A stretch of 32,551 bases of DNA, from NCBI GenBank assembly GCA_030638205.1, contig DAOWFB010000045.1:1-32551 (forward strand), written 5' to 3'. This document shows positions 9,850 to 16,848 of this stretch, one piece after another. A model generated the notes under the pieces. It was given only the letters and a program-made list of their open reading frames with translations, did no database searches and was not told the DNA's origin. A program made the translations under genes and the position numbers. How positions within the stretch are numbered: position 1 is the first letter of the stretch; every line of letters starts with the position of its first letter. The stretch is from Thalassospiraceae bacterium (lineage in GTDB: Bacteria > Pseudomonadota > Alphaproteobacteria > Rhodospirillales > Magnetovibrionaceae).

Positions 9850-11170
9850 AGTTTACAGGATTGCCACCATACATACTGCACACATTTTGTATTTGCGCAT
9901 CGCCGCCAAATGAAACTGTTTGCCCCACAAGCTGCAAGCAACCGCTGGGCGTTACCTCGCCATTACCACCAAATGAAATATCGTTATTGGGAACATAAAC
10001 CGCACCTGAAATGCTTGCGGCCGCCCCACCGTTAAGACCCACATCGCGAGTGTTGCCGCTGCCAGCGGCAGCACTCTGGTAAAGGGCTATTCCGGTATAA
10101 TTAGTATAATCTTTATCTATGTAATTATCATTTCCAGTGCTAGCTACTCCGCTATAATTACTAACCGTTGGTGCCGACCAGTTAACCGTGGCGCCACCGT
10201 TTATTGTAACCTTGCCGTCATTAACAATTAGCGTAACCCCGGGCGCAGTAAAGCTCGCGTTGCCGTTAATGGTTAGATTTCCCCCGTGAATAATATATAT
10301 GCCAGGCTCCACCACAAGATTATTATTCACAGAAACATTGCCACAGATAACCGTTGCTACCGTTAGGTTGCCAGAGCCGCCAGAATTGGAAAGGGTGCCG
10401 CCAGCTAAATCAAGGTTTGCATCTTGGCATCCGGATATATTGGGAACCGCAAGATTTTCAAAAGGGTCATCCATTGTTGTTTGTACTTCTCCAACCACAT
10501 CGCACCCTGCATCAACAATTATGTCAGTTCCGACGGTGCCATCAATTGCGCCATGCGACATTATGCAATCAGCAGTTAGGGTATCACCGCTTACCTTGAT
10601 TGACTCGTTGGGGTTTTCTGTACCGTCTGAATTTGCAAAAACTCCGCAACCATCCATGGATACAGAAGCATTTTGCACGTTAATTCCGGTTCCGCTTGGT
10701 GCCAGCGAAATCATGCAGGCATCGTTTTTACCAACCGTGGTGGCGACGGCACGGGTGTTTGATTCTGGAACTATGTTTGAAATTATTTGCGAAAGAAACG
10801 TGTTAAGCGGGTGTACGATTGTTATTTCAACATACCCGGTATCGCCGGCAAATGCGCCTGCAAGCGGAGGTGAATTAAGGGCCATCACATCGGTGCCATC
10901 TATGAACCCGTGTCTGGTCGCTTCGGCCTTTGCCACGATCAGCATGGCTGAATTGGTTGCACCAAATGTACGCTCAAGGGCGGCTGAAACAGCTGCGGCA
11001 TCTGTTGCGGTTTGCATGTTGCGTCGTTCCTTGAACCACATTCCGGCATCAATGCCCAAACCGACAAATCCCAATATAACAGGAAGCGTTAATGCAAACA
11101 TAACGGCAACGGCACCGCCCTCGTTGCCAATGAACCGTCTAATTATTTTTTTCTTATTCTTGTTAGGCAT
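9821..11170 (-). CDS. tadG: TadG-like pilus assembly protein / putative tip pseudopilin
   Basis: 449 aa with the TadG-type N-terminus GNEGGAVAVMFALTLPVILGFVGLGIDAGMWF. The C-terminal 250 aa are Gly/Asn/Thr-rich with periodic G-x-N-x-T-x-N-G segments. Confidence 0.8.
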   Translation of the reverse strand: MPNKNKKKIIRRFIGNEGGAVAVMFALTLPVILGFVGLGIDAGMWFKERRNMQTATDAAAVSAALERTFGATNSAMLIVAKAEATRHGFIDGTDVMALNSPPLAGAFAGDTGYVEITIVHPLNTFLSQIISNIVPESNTRAVATTVGKNDACMISLAPSGTGINVQNASVSMDGCGVFANSDGTENPNESIKVSGDTLTADCIMSHGAIDGTVGTDIIVDAGCDVVGEVQTTMDDPFENLAVPNISGCQDANLDLAGGTLSNSGGSGNLTVATVICGNVSVNNNLVVEPGIYIIHGGNLTINGNASFTAPGVTLIVNDGKVTINGGATVNWSAPTVSNYSGVASTGNDNYIDKDYTNYTGIALYQSAAAGSGNTRDVGLNGGAAASISGAVYVPNNDISFGGNGEVTPSGCLQLVGQTVSFGGDAQIQNVCSMYGGNPVNYGVSPGLVE

Positions 11171-11296
11171 AATTCTTACCAGTTTTGTTAAATATGCTAA
11201 ATATTGGCACTACATTCCATAGTAGCCTCAAGCAATAATATCCACCTTAAGATATCCCTTAAGTAGCTTATTATCTTGGATATTGTCATTATTTAC

Positions 11297-11312
11297 AGTG
11301 ATGCCCATCACG
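11297..11312. promoter_or_regulatory. Candidate CRP/FNR-family operator in the tadG-tadD divergent intergenic region
   Basis: aGTGATGCCCATCACg has perfect 6-bp inverted arms (GTGATG-CC-CATCAC) and equals GTGA-N6-TCAC, the core of the CRP consensus TGTGA-N6-TCACA. It shares the 8-mer GTGATGCC with the 13-nt repeat at 13651. Confidence 0.3.
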
Positions 11313-11542
11313 GAAAAAAGCGGCTATTTATCTTAGGTTACATGATGATTTGGGGCCGTCCCTAGGGGGGTAAAGCCTGTGGGTATGGGGTCAGGGAATA
11401 GGAATAGGGCATTTATCGCCATATGGGGCCTAAAAAGCCCCTAATTTGAGGTAACGTTGAGGTCGCCAGAATACTGTACTGGACGCTCTTTTGGCTTTAA
11501 ACTCAACTATATAGGCCACAATAAGGGCCATTTGTGCTATCA

Positions 11543-11594
11543 ATACCAGAATTGGCAATACCAGAATTGGCAATGCCAGAACTATCCCAGAACT
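11543..11594. repeat. Tandem repeat array with a CCAGAA core immediately upstream of tadD
   Basis: ataccagaattggca occurs twice (11543-11557, 11558-11572), followed by atgccagaact (11573-11583) and atcccagaact (11584-11594). Confidence 0.9.
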
Positions 11595-11598
11595 ATAA

Positions 11599-12435
11599 AT
11601 GATTAATGAGAAACAAAGCGAAAAAGTGAATATGATGCCAAGTCGTCCCAAATCAGCAATAACCAGCATTTATACAATGGTGACTCCGGTTCTTGTTCTG
11701 AGCTTTATTCTGGCTGGATGTGCAGGTTTTGGCGGCGGGGCAAGCAGCTCAAAAGCAAAAGAAGATGAAAATATAATTGAAAGCGCAATGCTAAAGGCCG
11801 CGGTTGAGGCAGAACAGCAGAACAATTTTGATGCAGCAGCAGGGTATTATGCACGCTTGTTGCGATTGAAGCCTGATGATATTGAAACAGCTGTGCTACT
11901 TGGCCGTAATCTTAGATATTCGGGGAGTGCCAACAAGGCCGCTGATGTTTTTTCAGAATTATCAAAGAGCAACCCCGATAACACCACTATCAAGCTTGAG
12001 CATGCCAAGGCACTAATTGCATTAGGAGAATTCGGCGCTGCCTTGCCATTGCTGAATAGTGTTATAATTTCTGACGGCAATAATTGGCAAGCATTTTCAG
12101 CCCTTGGCATAGCATACGATTCATTGGGAAATTATAAAATGGCAGAAAAAAGTTTTTCCACTGCGCTATCTGTCAGCCCGAATAATCCGGTTGTGATGAA
12201 CAATATGGCCATGTCCCTTGCGCAGGCCGGGCGCATAAAAGAAGCCATCTCCACGCTTGAAAAAGCAGCCGCGCTAAACAGGGCCAGTCCACACATAAGG
12301 CAAAACCTTGCTCTTTTGTATGGAATAAATGGAGATAGGGAAAAGGCAAAAACACTCGCATCAATGGATCTTGACCCAAAAGAGGTTGAAACAAACACCA
12401 GTTTTTACCGTCGTTTTGAGGGGGCTGGCCAATGA
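11599..12435 (+). CDS. tadD: TadD-like TPR lipoprotein (start may be the ATG at 11632)
   Basis: Lipobox LAGC follows a hydrophobic leader, then TPR repeats (AAGYYARLLRLKPDD, WQAFSALGIAYDSLGNYKMAEKSF). Its position is within the Tad locus. Confidence 0.75.
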   Translation: MINEKQSEKVNMMPSRPKSAITSIYTMVTPVLVLSFILAGCAGFGGGASSSKAKEDENIIESAMLKAAVEAEQQNNFDAAAGYYARLLRLKPDDIETAVLLGRNLRYSGSANKAADVFSELSKSNPDNTTIKLEHAKALIALGEFGAALPLLNSVIISDGNNWQAFSALGIAYDSLGNYKMAEKSFSTALSVSPNNPVVMNNMAMSLAQAGRIKEAISTLEKAAALNRASPHIRQNLALLYGINGDREKAKTLASMDLDPKEVETNTSFYRRFEGAGQ

Positions 12436-12833
12436 GCACCAAGCAAGAGCCCGATAAAGAACCACAAGAAGGTCAGGCCAGGCGCGGTGCCGTTCGCCTG
12501 ACAACGGTTTATGGCGGCCGCGTTTGCCAGTCCGGAAAGGCATATCCATGCGTTATTTCAGACGTTTCTGAAACCGGGGTAAGGTTACGCCTGAAAGATA
12601 TTGAAAACAAATCATCCATAATTTCAGACTATCCGGTACAATTGATTTTTGATCGCTTGGGCGAATACAAATCATTAAATGGCGATATGGTGTGGCTTGG
12701 GGGCGAAGATGCAACTATGGGCATTAAATTTTCTGATATTGAAAAAAAGCGTCACCGTGTCATATCGGCACTTATGCCAAATCGGTGGAATCTTGTGCAA
12801 AATAGCGCATCGGCAGAGGGCGAAAATGGGTAA
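12432..12833 (+). CDS. PilZ-domain c-di-GMP receptor
   Basis: Both canonical PilZ motifs are present: RRGAVR (RxxxR) and DVSETG (D-x-S-x-x-G) 24 residues later. The ATG overlaps the tadD stop as ATGA (12432-12435). Confidence 0.8.
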   Translation: MSTKQEPDKEPQEGQARRGAVRLTTVYGGRVCQSGKAYPCVISDVSETGVRLRLKDIENKSSIISDYPVQLIFDRLGEYKSLNGDMVWLGGEDATMGIKFSDIEKKRHRVISALMPNRWNLVQNSASAEGENG

Positions 12834-12949
12834 TATTTAGCCCATTGCAAGTGTCCTCACCCTTTGTCAAGATGATGTAATATAAAAGAATTGATCCATA
12901 AGGCACTACCAAATCATGATAAATTGGCGGCCAGAATGAGTAATCCAGA

Positions 12950-13657
12950 ATGACAAAAAAAGATCCAAAAAAAGGAAACGGAGGCATCCGTAGCCTGAAA
13001 GGTGTCGAGCTGCTTACCGAGGCACCGCCTGAAATAGTGGCCGATATGGAACAGAAATGTCGCTGGCTGAGCTTTGAGGCAAACCAGATAATCGTGGACC
13101 GTGACGACGAGTCTACGGACGTATATTTAATCATAAGCGGCAAGGTCAAGGTCATGGATTTTCTGGCCGATGATCAGGAAATTGCCTTGGCCGAACTTGG
13201 CCCCGGTGCCAGCTTTGGCGAGCTTTCGGCAATGGATAAATCCAAGCGTTCGGCCCGGGTTACGGCGTTGGAAGACACCGTTATGGCCACCATCAGCAGC
13301 ACTGATTTCCGCCGGTTACTTATGGATGTCCCGGGCATTGCTGTAATGCTTCTAAAGCGTTTTGCTGCCCTTATCCGTACCCTAAATACCCGCATAACGG
13401 CGCTCAGCACCATGACCCCGCACCAAAGGGTCTATTACGAGCTTATCCGTATGTCCGAGCCAAACCCGCAAGGAGATGGTTCTTGGCTTATCCACTATCT
13501 TCCCAAACACGAAGAAATTGCCAGTTGGTCAGGCACATCACGCGAAGATGTGGCCATGGCAATTGGACATCTGGCGCGGGAAGGGATTGTTGGCCGTAAG
13601 CATAAGTCGTTGATAATAAAGGACCATGACCGTCTACAAATGCTTTTGAACCTGTGA
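12950..13657 (+). CDS. Crp/Fnr-family transcriptional regulator (cNMP-binding domain plus C-terminal HTH)
   Basis: Has a phosphate-binding cassette FGELSAMDKSKRSARVTA (Glu and Arg-Ser as in CRP). The HTH SWSGTSREDVAMAIGHL has the Arg-Glu pair at the CRP recognition-helix positions (CRP: SRETVGRI). Confidence 0.85.
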   Translation: MTKKDPKKGNGGIRSLKGVELLTEAPPEIVADMEQKCRWLSFEANQIIVDRDDESTDVYLIISGKVKVMDFLADDQEIALAELGPGASFGELSAMDKSKRSARVTALEDTVMATISSTDFRRLLMDVPGIAVMLLKRFAALIRTLNTRITALSTMTPHQRVYYELIRMSEPNPQGDGSWLIHYLPKHEEIASWSGTSREDVAMAIGHLAREGIVGRKHKSLIIKDHDRLQMLLNL

Positions 13658-13685
13658 TGCCAGCCTGTGATGCCAGCCTGTGATG
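13651..13685. repeat. 13-nt unit in 2.7 copies straddling the crp stop codon
   Basis: cctgtgatgccag at 13651-13663 and 13664-13676, then cctgtgatg at 13677-13685. Each copy contains TGTGA. Confidence 0.95.
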
Positions 13686-13694
13686 GGGGTCATA
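13679..13694. promoter_or_regulatory. Candidate CRP-type operator upstream of flp
   Basis: TGTGA-TGGGGG-TCATA matches 9 of 10 positions of TGTGA-N6-TCACA. It lies 317-332 nt upstream of the flp ATG and is formed by the last copy of the 13-nt repeat. Confidence 0.3.
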
Positions 13695-14010
13695 CTTGCA
13701 GTATTTTAATTCTGTTAGATTCGTGATAATGAAAATATCTGGAAACTAAAGTCCGTTTATTTAATGCACGGTCTTTAACCTAGATTTTTTTATACCCGAA
13801 CTTCTGGTTCCTTGATGGTGCTGAATTACGGGAAAGTAAACTGATCGGACACCGTTCAGGCAAGGCTATAGTTTTTAATCTGTTGTAATATAAGGTTAAT
13901 TTTATACTATACCTTGACTTGAATACATAGTTAGGCCAATCTGTCTAACCATTTAAAGGGCGTTCGGTTTAACTATAATCTGGCCTTGAGTTATAATTAG
14001 GAGTTTCAAA

Positions 14011-14181
14011 ATGACAAAATTTTATAGCCATTTAACCCGTTTCAAGAATGACGAGTCTGGTGCTACCGCAATTGAATATGGTCTCATTGCAGCACTTATT
14101 GCCGTTGTTCTGATCACCGCCCTCAGCCTTGTGGGCAACGATCTTAGTAACAAATTTACTGAAATCAGCACAGCGCTTTAA
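14011..14181 (+). CDS. flp: Flp/Fap-family pilin (major Tad pilus subunit)
   Basis: Not in the track because it is under 60 aa. An AGGAG sits 8 nt upstream of the ATG. Translation: MTKFYSHLTRFKNDESGATAIEYGLIAALIAVVLITALSLVGNDLSNKFTEISTAL. It has the Flp motif G/ATAIEYGLIAALIAV (prepilin cleavage after Gly, Glu5-Tyr6 in the mature pilin). Confidence 0.88.
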   Translation: MTKFYSHLTRFKNDESGATAIEYGLIAALIAVVLITALSLVGNDLSNKFTEISTAL

Positions 14182-14232
14182 TTAGCTTAATGCTATTCGG
14201 TGACCCCATTATTTATGGGTAGTAATTGAAAA

Positions 14233-14266
14233 ACAGTCGTTCCTAACGGGACGGCTGTTTTTTTTG
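14233..14266 (+). terminator. Rho-independent terminator after flp
   Basis: An 11-bp stem ACAGUCGUUCC / GGGACGGCUGU (two G-U pairs) with loop UAAC, followed by eight U residues. Confidence 0.7.
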
Positions 14267-14312
14267 TTTAATTTAATTACGCCCCAATTGGTAGATGTGA
14301 TTAGAATATAAA

Positions 14313-14846
14313 ATGGCCATTATTCACAACATTTCATTTATTGCATTCATTGTTCTTATCCTCATCGCCGCGCGTAGCGATGCCAAAGTGCTGCGCATAC
14401 CTAACTGGATATCGTTGGCTTTATTGGTAAATTTTCTTATTGCCGGATTTGCGGCAGGAATGCCATTGGTTGATATTGCAATTAGTCTTGGGGTTGGGGT
14501 TGGTGCGCTTGTAGTTGGGTTTGTGCTGTTTTTTCTACGCCTGTTTGGTGGCGGCGATGCCAAGCTATACGCGGCAATAGCCTTGTGGATGGGTTGGCCG
14601 CTTGTTGGTTATTATTCGGTTGCGGTGCTGTTGCTGGGCGGTGCTGTTGCCATTATTGCCGTGCTGCTAAGAAAGGGGCTTGGTTTGTGGCCCGACTGGC
14701 TGGTTAATTCCGCCCGTGGATTGTTTGAAAAAGACAAGGCGCTGCCTTATGGGTTGGCCATTGTTGCGGGTGCAATGGTGACTATCCCACGAATGGCGTT
14801 GCTGCCTGATGGCTGGCTCGATATTGTGGATATTATTGTAATTTAA
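14313..14846 (+). CDS. cpaA: Prepilin peptidase CpaA/TadV (A24 family, no methyltransferase domain)
   Basis: 177-aa polytopic membrane protein with both catalytic Asp contexts: ARSDAKVLRIPN and FGGGDAKLYAAIALWMG. Confidence 0.85.
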   Translation: MAIIHNISFIAFIVLILIAARSDAKVLRIPNWISLALLVNFLIAGFAAGMPLVDIAISLGVGVGALVVGFVLFFLRLFGGGDAKLYAAIALWMGWPLVGYYSVAVLLLGGAVAIIAVLLRKGLGLWPDWLVNSARGLFEKDKALPYGLAIVAGAMVTIPRMALLPDGWLDIVDIIVI

Positions 14847-14854
14847 TTCCCGGC

Positions 14855-14889
14855 CTGCCTAGTTACCAATCTGCCTAGTTGCCAATCTG
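14855..14889. repeat. 16-nt tandem duplication covering the tadC 3' terminus including its stop
   Basis: ctgcctagttaccaat (14855-14870) and ctgcctagttgccaat (14871-14886), then ctg. The reverse complement of each copy reads ...IGN-stop. Confidence 0.9.
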
Positions 14890-15837
14890 TATGGCAGCCG
14901 GGCCAATAACAACCAAAAACAATGGCGGCAAGAAGAACAAAATCATCGGCACGGTAAGTAGGGCCGGTAGGGACGCACCTTTTTTTTCGGCCGCCGCCAT
15001 GCGGTCTTGCCTACGCTCCAACGAAAGAACCTTTAGGGCCTGCCCAACGGGCGTACCATATTTTTCCGACTGTACCAGCGTGGTTGCCAGAGATTTAACC
15101 GCAGGCAGGCCGGTGCGATCGGCAAAGTTCGAATAGGCTTTGTGCCGGTCACCCAGATAGGCAAGCTCGGCAGAGGTTATGCCAAATTCCTGAGCCAGCG
15201 TTGGTGATTTATCTCCGATTTCATCGGTAACGCGATCAAACGCACCTTCAACCGAAAGGCCACCTTCTACGCAAATAACCATAAGGTCGAGCGCATCGGC
15301 AAAGCCGCTATTGAGGTCTTTCTGGCGTTTTTGTGCGCCATTTTTGATGATTGTTGATGGCAGGTAGTAACCAATAGCAAAAGACCCGGCAACAATAAGC
15401 GCCTTGGTGGACATTGGATGTGGAAATTCTTTCCATGCCACAAAAATGATAAACGCGGTTAATGCTGGAAGGCCCAAGCCAAGGGCAACCCTTGCAAAAA
15501 TATAGATAACCAATGCGTTTTGGCTTCTGTAACCGGCCTGAGCCAGCGAAGCTTTTAGATTTTTTGACGAAAGCGCTTCGTCAAGCTTAAGTGCGGCCAG
15601 AATTTTTTTCATCAATTCAACCCGGCCTTGCGATTTACGCTGACGTATTGTCGAGCCTTTGGACTGAAGTCCATCAAGTTGCTGATGTGATAATTGCTCA
15701 CGGGTGCGGGTCACCATTTTGTGCCTGCTTGCCTGCCCCATTCGACTTAGAAACGGAAGGGCAATGGCGGCAACTGTTATTAAGGCACCAGCAGATGCCA
15801 TGATAACGATTAGGGTAGGGACGGGTATTCCAAACAC
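14875..15837 (-). CDS. tadC: Tad pilus inner-membrane platform protein TadC (T2SS-F family)
   Basis: 320 aa with N-terminal and C-terminal TM helices flanking a cytoplasmic T2SSF-like domain (FADALDLMVICVEGGLS). Its position follows tadB. Confidence 0.85.
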   Translation of the reverse strand: MFGIPVPTLIVIMASAGALITVAAIALPFLSRMGQASRHKMVTRTREQLSHQQLDGLQSKGSTIRQRKSQGRVELMKKILAALKLDEALSSKNLKASLAQAGYRSQNALVIYIFARVALGLGLPALTAFIIFVAWKEFPHPMSTKALIVAGSFAIGYYLPSTIIKNGAQKRQKDLNSGFADALDLMVICVEGGLSVEGAFDRVTDEIGDKSPTLAQEFGITSAELAYLGDRHKAYSNFADRTGLPAVKSLATTLVQSEKYGTPVGQALKVLSLERRQDRMAAAEKKGASLPALLTVPMILFFLPPLFLVVIGPAAIQIGN

Positions 15838-15841
15838 TATT

Positions 15842-16822
15842 TTACACCTCGAAGTTGATCATTTTCCACATTACGGCAATTCCCATTGCCATCATGCCAA
15901 GGCCAATCCAAATAAGATGGATGCCTTCGTTAAACAAAATTCCCACATAGGCCGGGTTAACTACCGATAACATTAGCAGCACCGCAAAGGGCAGGCTGGC
16001 AATAATCATGGCAGATGATTTTGCCTCTGAACTAAGCGCTTGAATTTTATCCTTTAGTTTCTTGCGGTCGCGCAATACATCGGAAAGGTTTTCTAGGGTA
16101 TCGGCAAGGTTGCCACCTGTTTGACGTTGGATTTGCAGCACAATGGCAAAAAATTTAAATTCAGGAATAGGGATTCTTTTCAATGCACGCTCAAGAATTT
16201 CGTCGATGGTCATGCCTAAGCGTTGGCCTTCTACAATCATGGTGAACTCTTCACCAAGGGGGCCTGTAAATTCGCGTGAAATAATTGCTAACGTTTCACC
16301 AACCGGTAAGCCAGAACGTATGCCGCGGACGATAACATCGATGGCTTCGGCAAAGTGTTTGGTAAAATCTTTTTGTCTGCGACTGGCCAAAATGCCAAGA
16401 AATAATTTAGGCAGCCCAATACCCATTGCGATACCTATGGCTGGAGCAACTAACGGGTTTGCTATTCCTGAAATCAGGAAAAAGATAGTCGCAACAACAC
16501 CGACAACTACGCAAATAATAACAAACACGCTTACTTCCATCTGTACACCAGCCCGCAGCAGGGCATAGGAAATTCTATCACCTAAACCTTCTTTTTTCTT
16601 GGCATCGCCTACATTTTTTACTTTATCTTGAATTCGTTTTTGTCTGCGCGATTCTGCTTTGGCATTAACACCACCGCCACTGGAAAGACTGCCAATGGCG
16701 TCAATACGTTTTTTCATTTTAATGCGTGGCTTCATTACAATAAAAACAACAGATCCCAATGCGGCCATAAATATAAAGCCGAGCACAATAATAATAGATA
16801 ACATTATAACTGTTTGATCCAT
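15842..16822 (-). CDS. tadB: Tad pilus inner-membrane platform protein TadB (T2SS-F family)
   Basis: 326 aa with a T2SSF-like core (FAEAIDVIVRGIRSGLPVGETL). Its position follows cpaF. Confidence 0.85.
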   Translation of the reverse strand: MDQTVIMLSIIIVLGFIFMAALGSVVFIVMKPRIKMKKRIDAIGSLSSGGGVNAKAESRRQKRIQDKVKNVGDAKKKEGLGDRISYALLRAGVQMEVSVFVIICVVVGVVATIFFLISGIANPLVAPAIGIAMGIGLPKLFLGILASRRQKDFTKHFAEAIDVIVRGIRSGLPVGETLAIISREFTGPLGEEFTMIVEGQRLGMTIDEILERALKRIPIPEFKFFAIVLQIQRQTGGNLADTLENLSDVLRDRKKLKDKIQALSSEAKSSAMIIASLPFAVLLMLSVVNPAYVGILFNEGIHLIWIGLGMMAMGIAVMWKMINFEV

Positions 16823-16848
16823 GACTTAGCTAAGTCCTGTTATTTTAA

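Noticed and set aside
10299-11222. 307-aa + strand ORF, the longest of many antisense ORFs in the track. Others include 29131..30201, 17855..18325, 7264..7755, 20800..21273, 22122..22661 and 16143..16568.
   Set aside because: Each lies wholly antisense to a CDS with strong family motifs (TadG, SDR/HAD, CpaF, HemN, CpaC, CpaB, TadB). Their translations are low-complexity and Ser/Pro/Ala/Arg-rich, typical of shadow frames. None has a recognisable domain or RBS.
11543-11572. TTGGCA motifs in the tandem repeats (also TTGCCAA at 21765-21786 and 14880) as possible sigma-54 -24/-12 promoters.
   Set aside because: The GG-N10-GC spacing required for sigma-54 is not met in any of them.
11430-11669. 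79-aa - strand ORF containing LPILVLPILVL.
   Set aside because: The repeated peptide is simply the translation of the 15-nt tandem DNA repeat at 11543-11572. The ORF overlaps the tadD start region and has no RBS or homology.
13695-14010. CtrA boxes (TTAA-N7-TTAA) and a sigma-70 promoter upstream of flp, by analogy with Caulobacter pilA.
   Set aside because: No full TTAA-N7-TTAA was found, only partial matches such as TTAA-N7-TAAT at about 13876. TTGTAA-N16-TACTAT at 13883-13910 is a plausible -35/-10 pair, but in AT-rich sequence it is too weak to annotate without a mapped transcription start.
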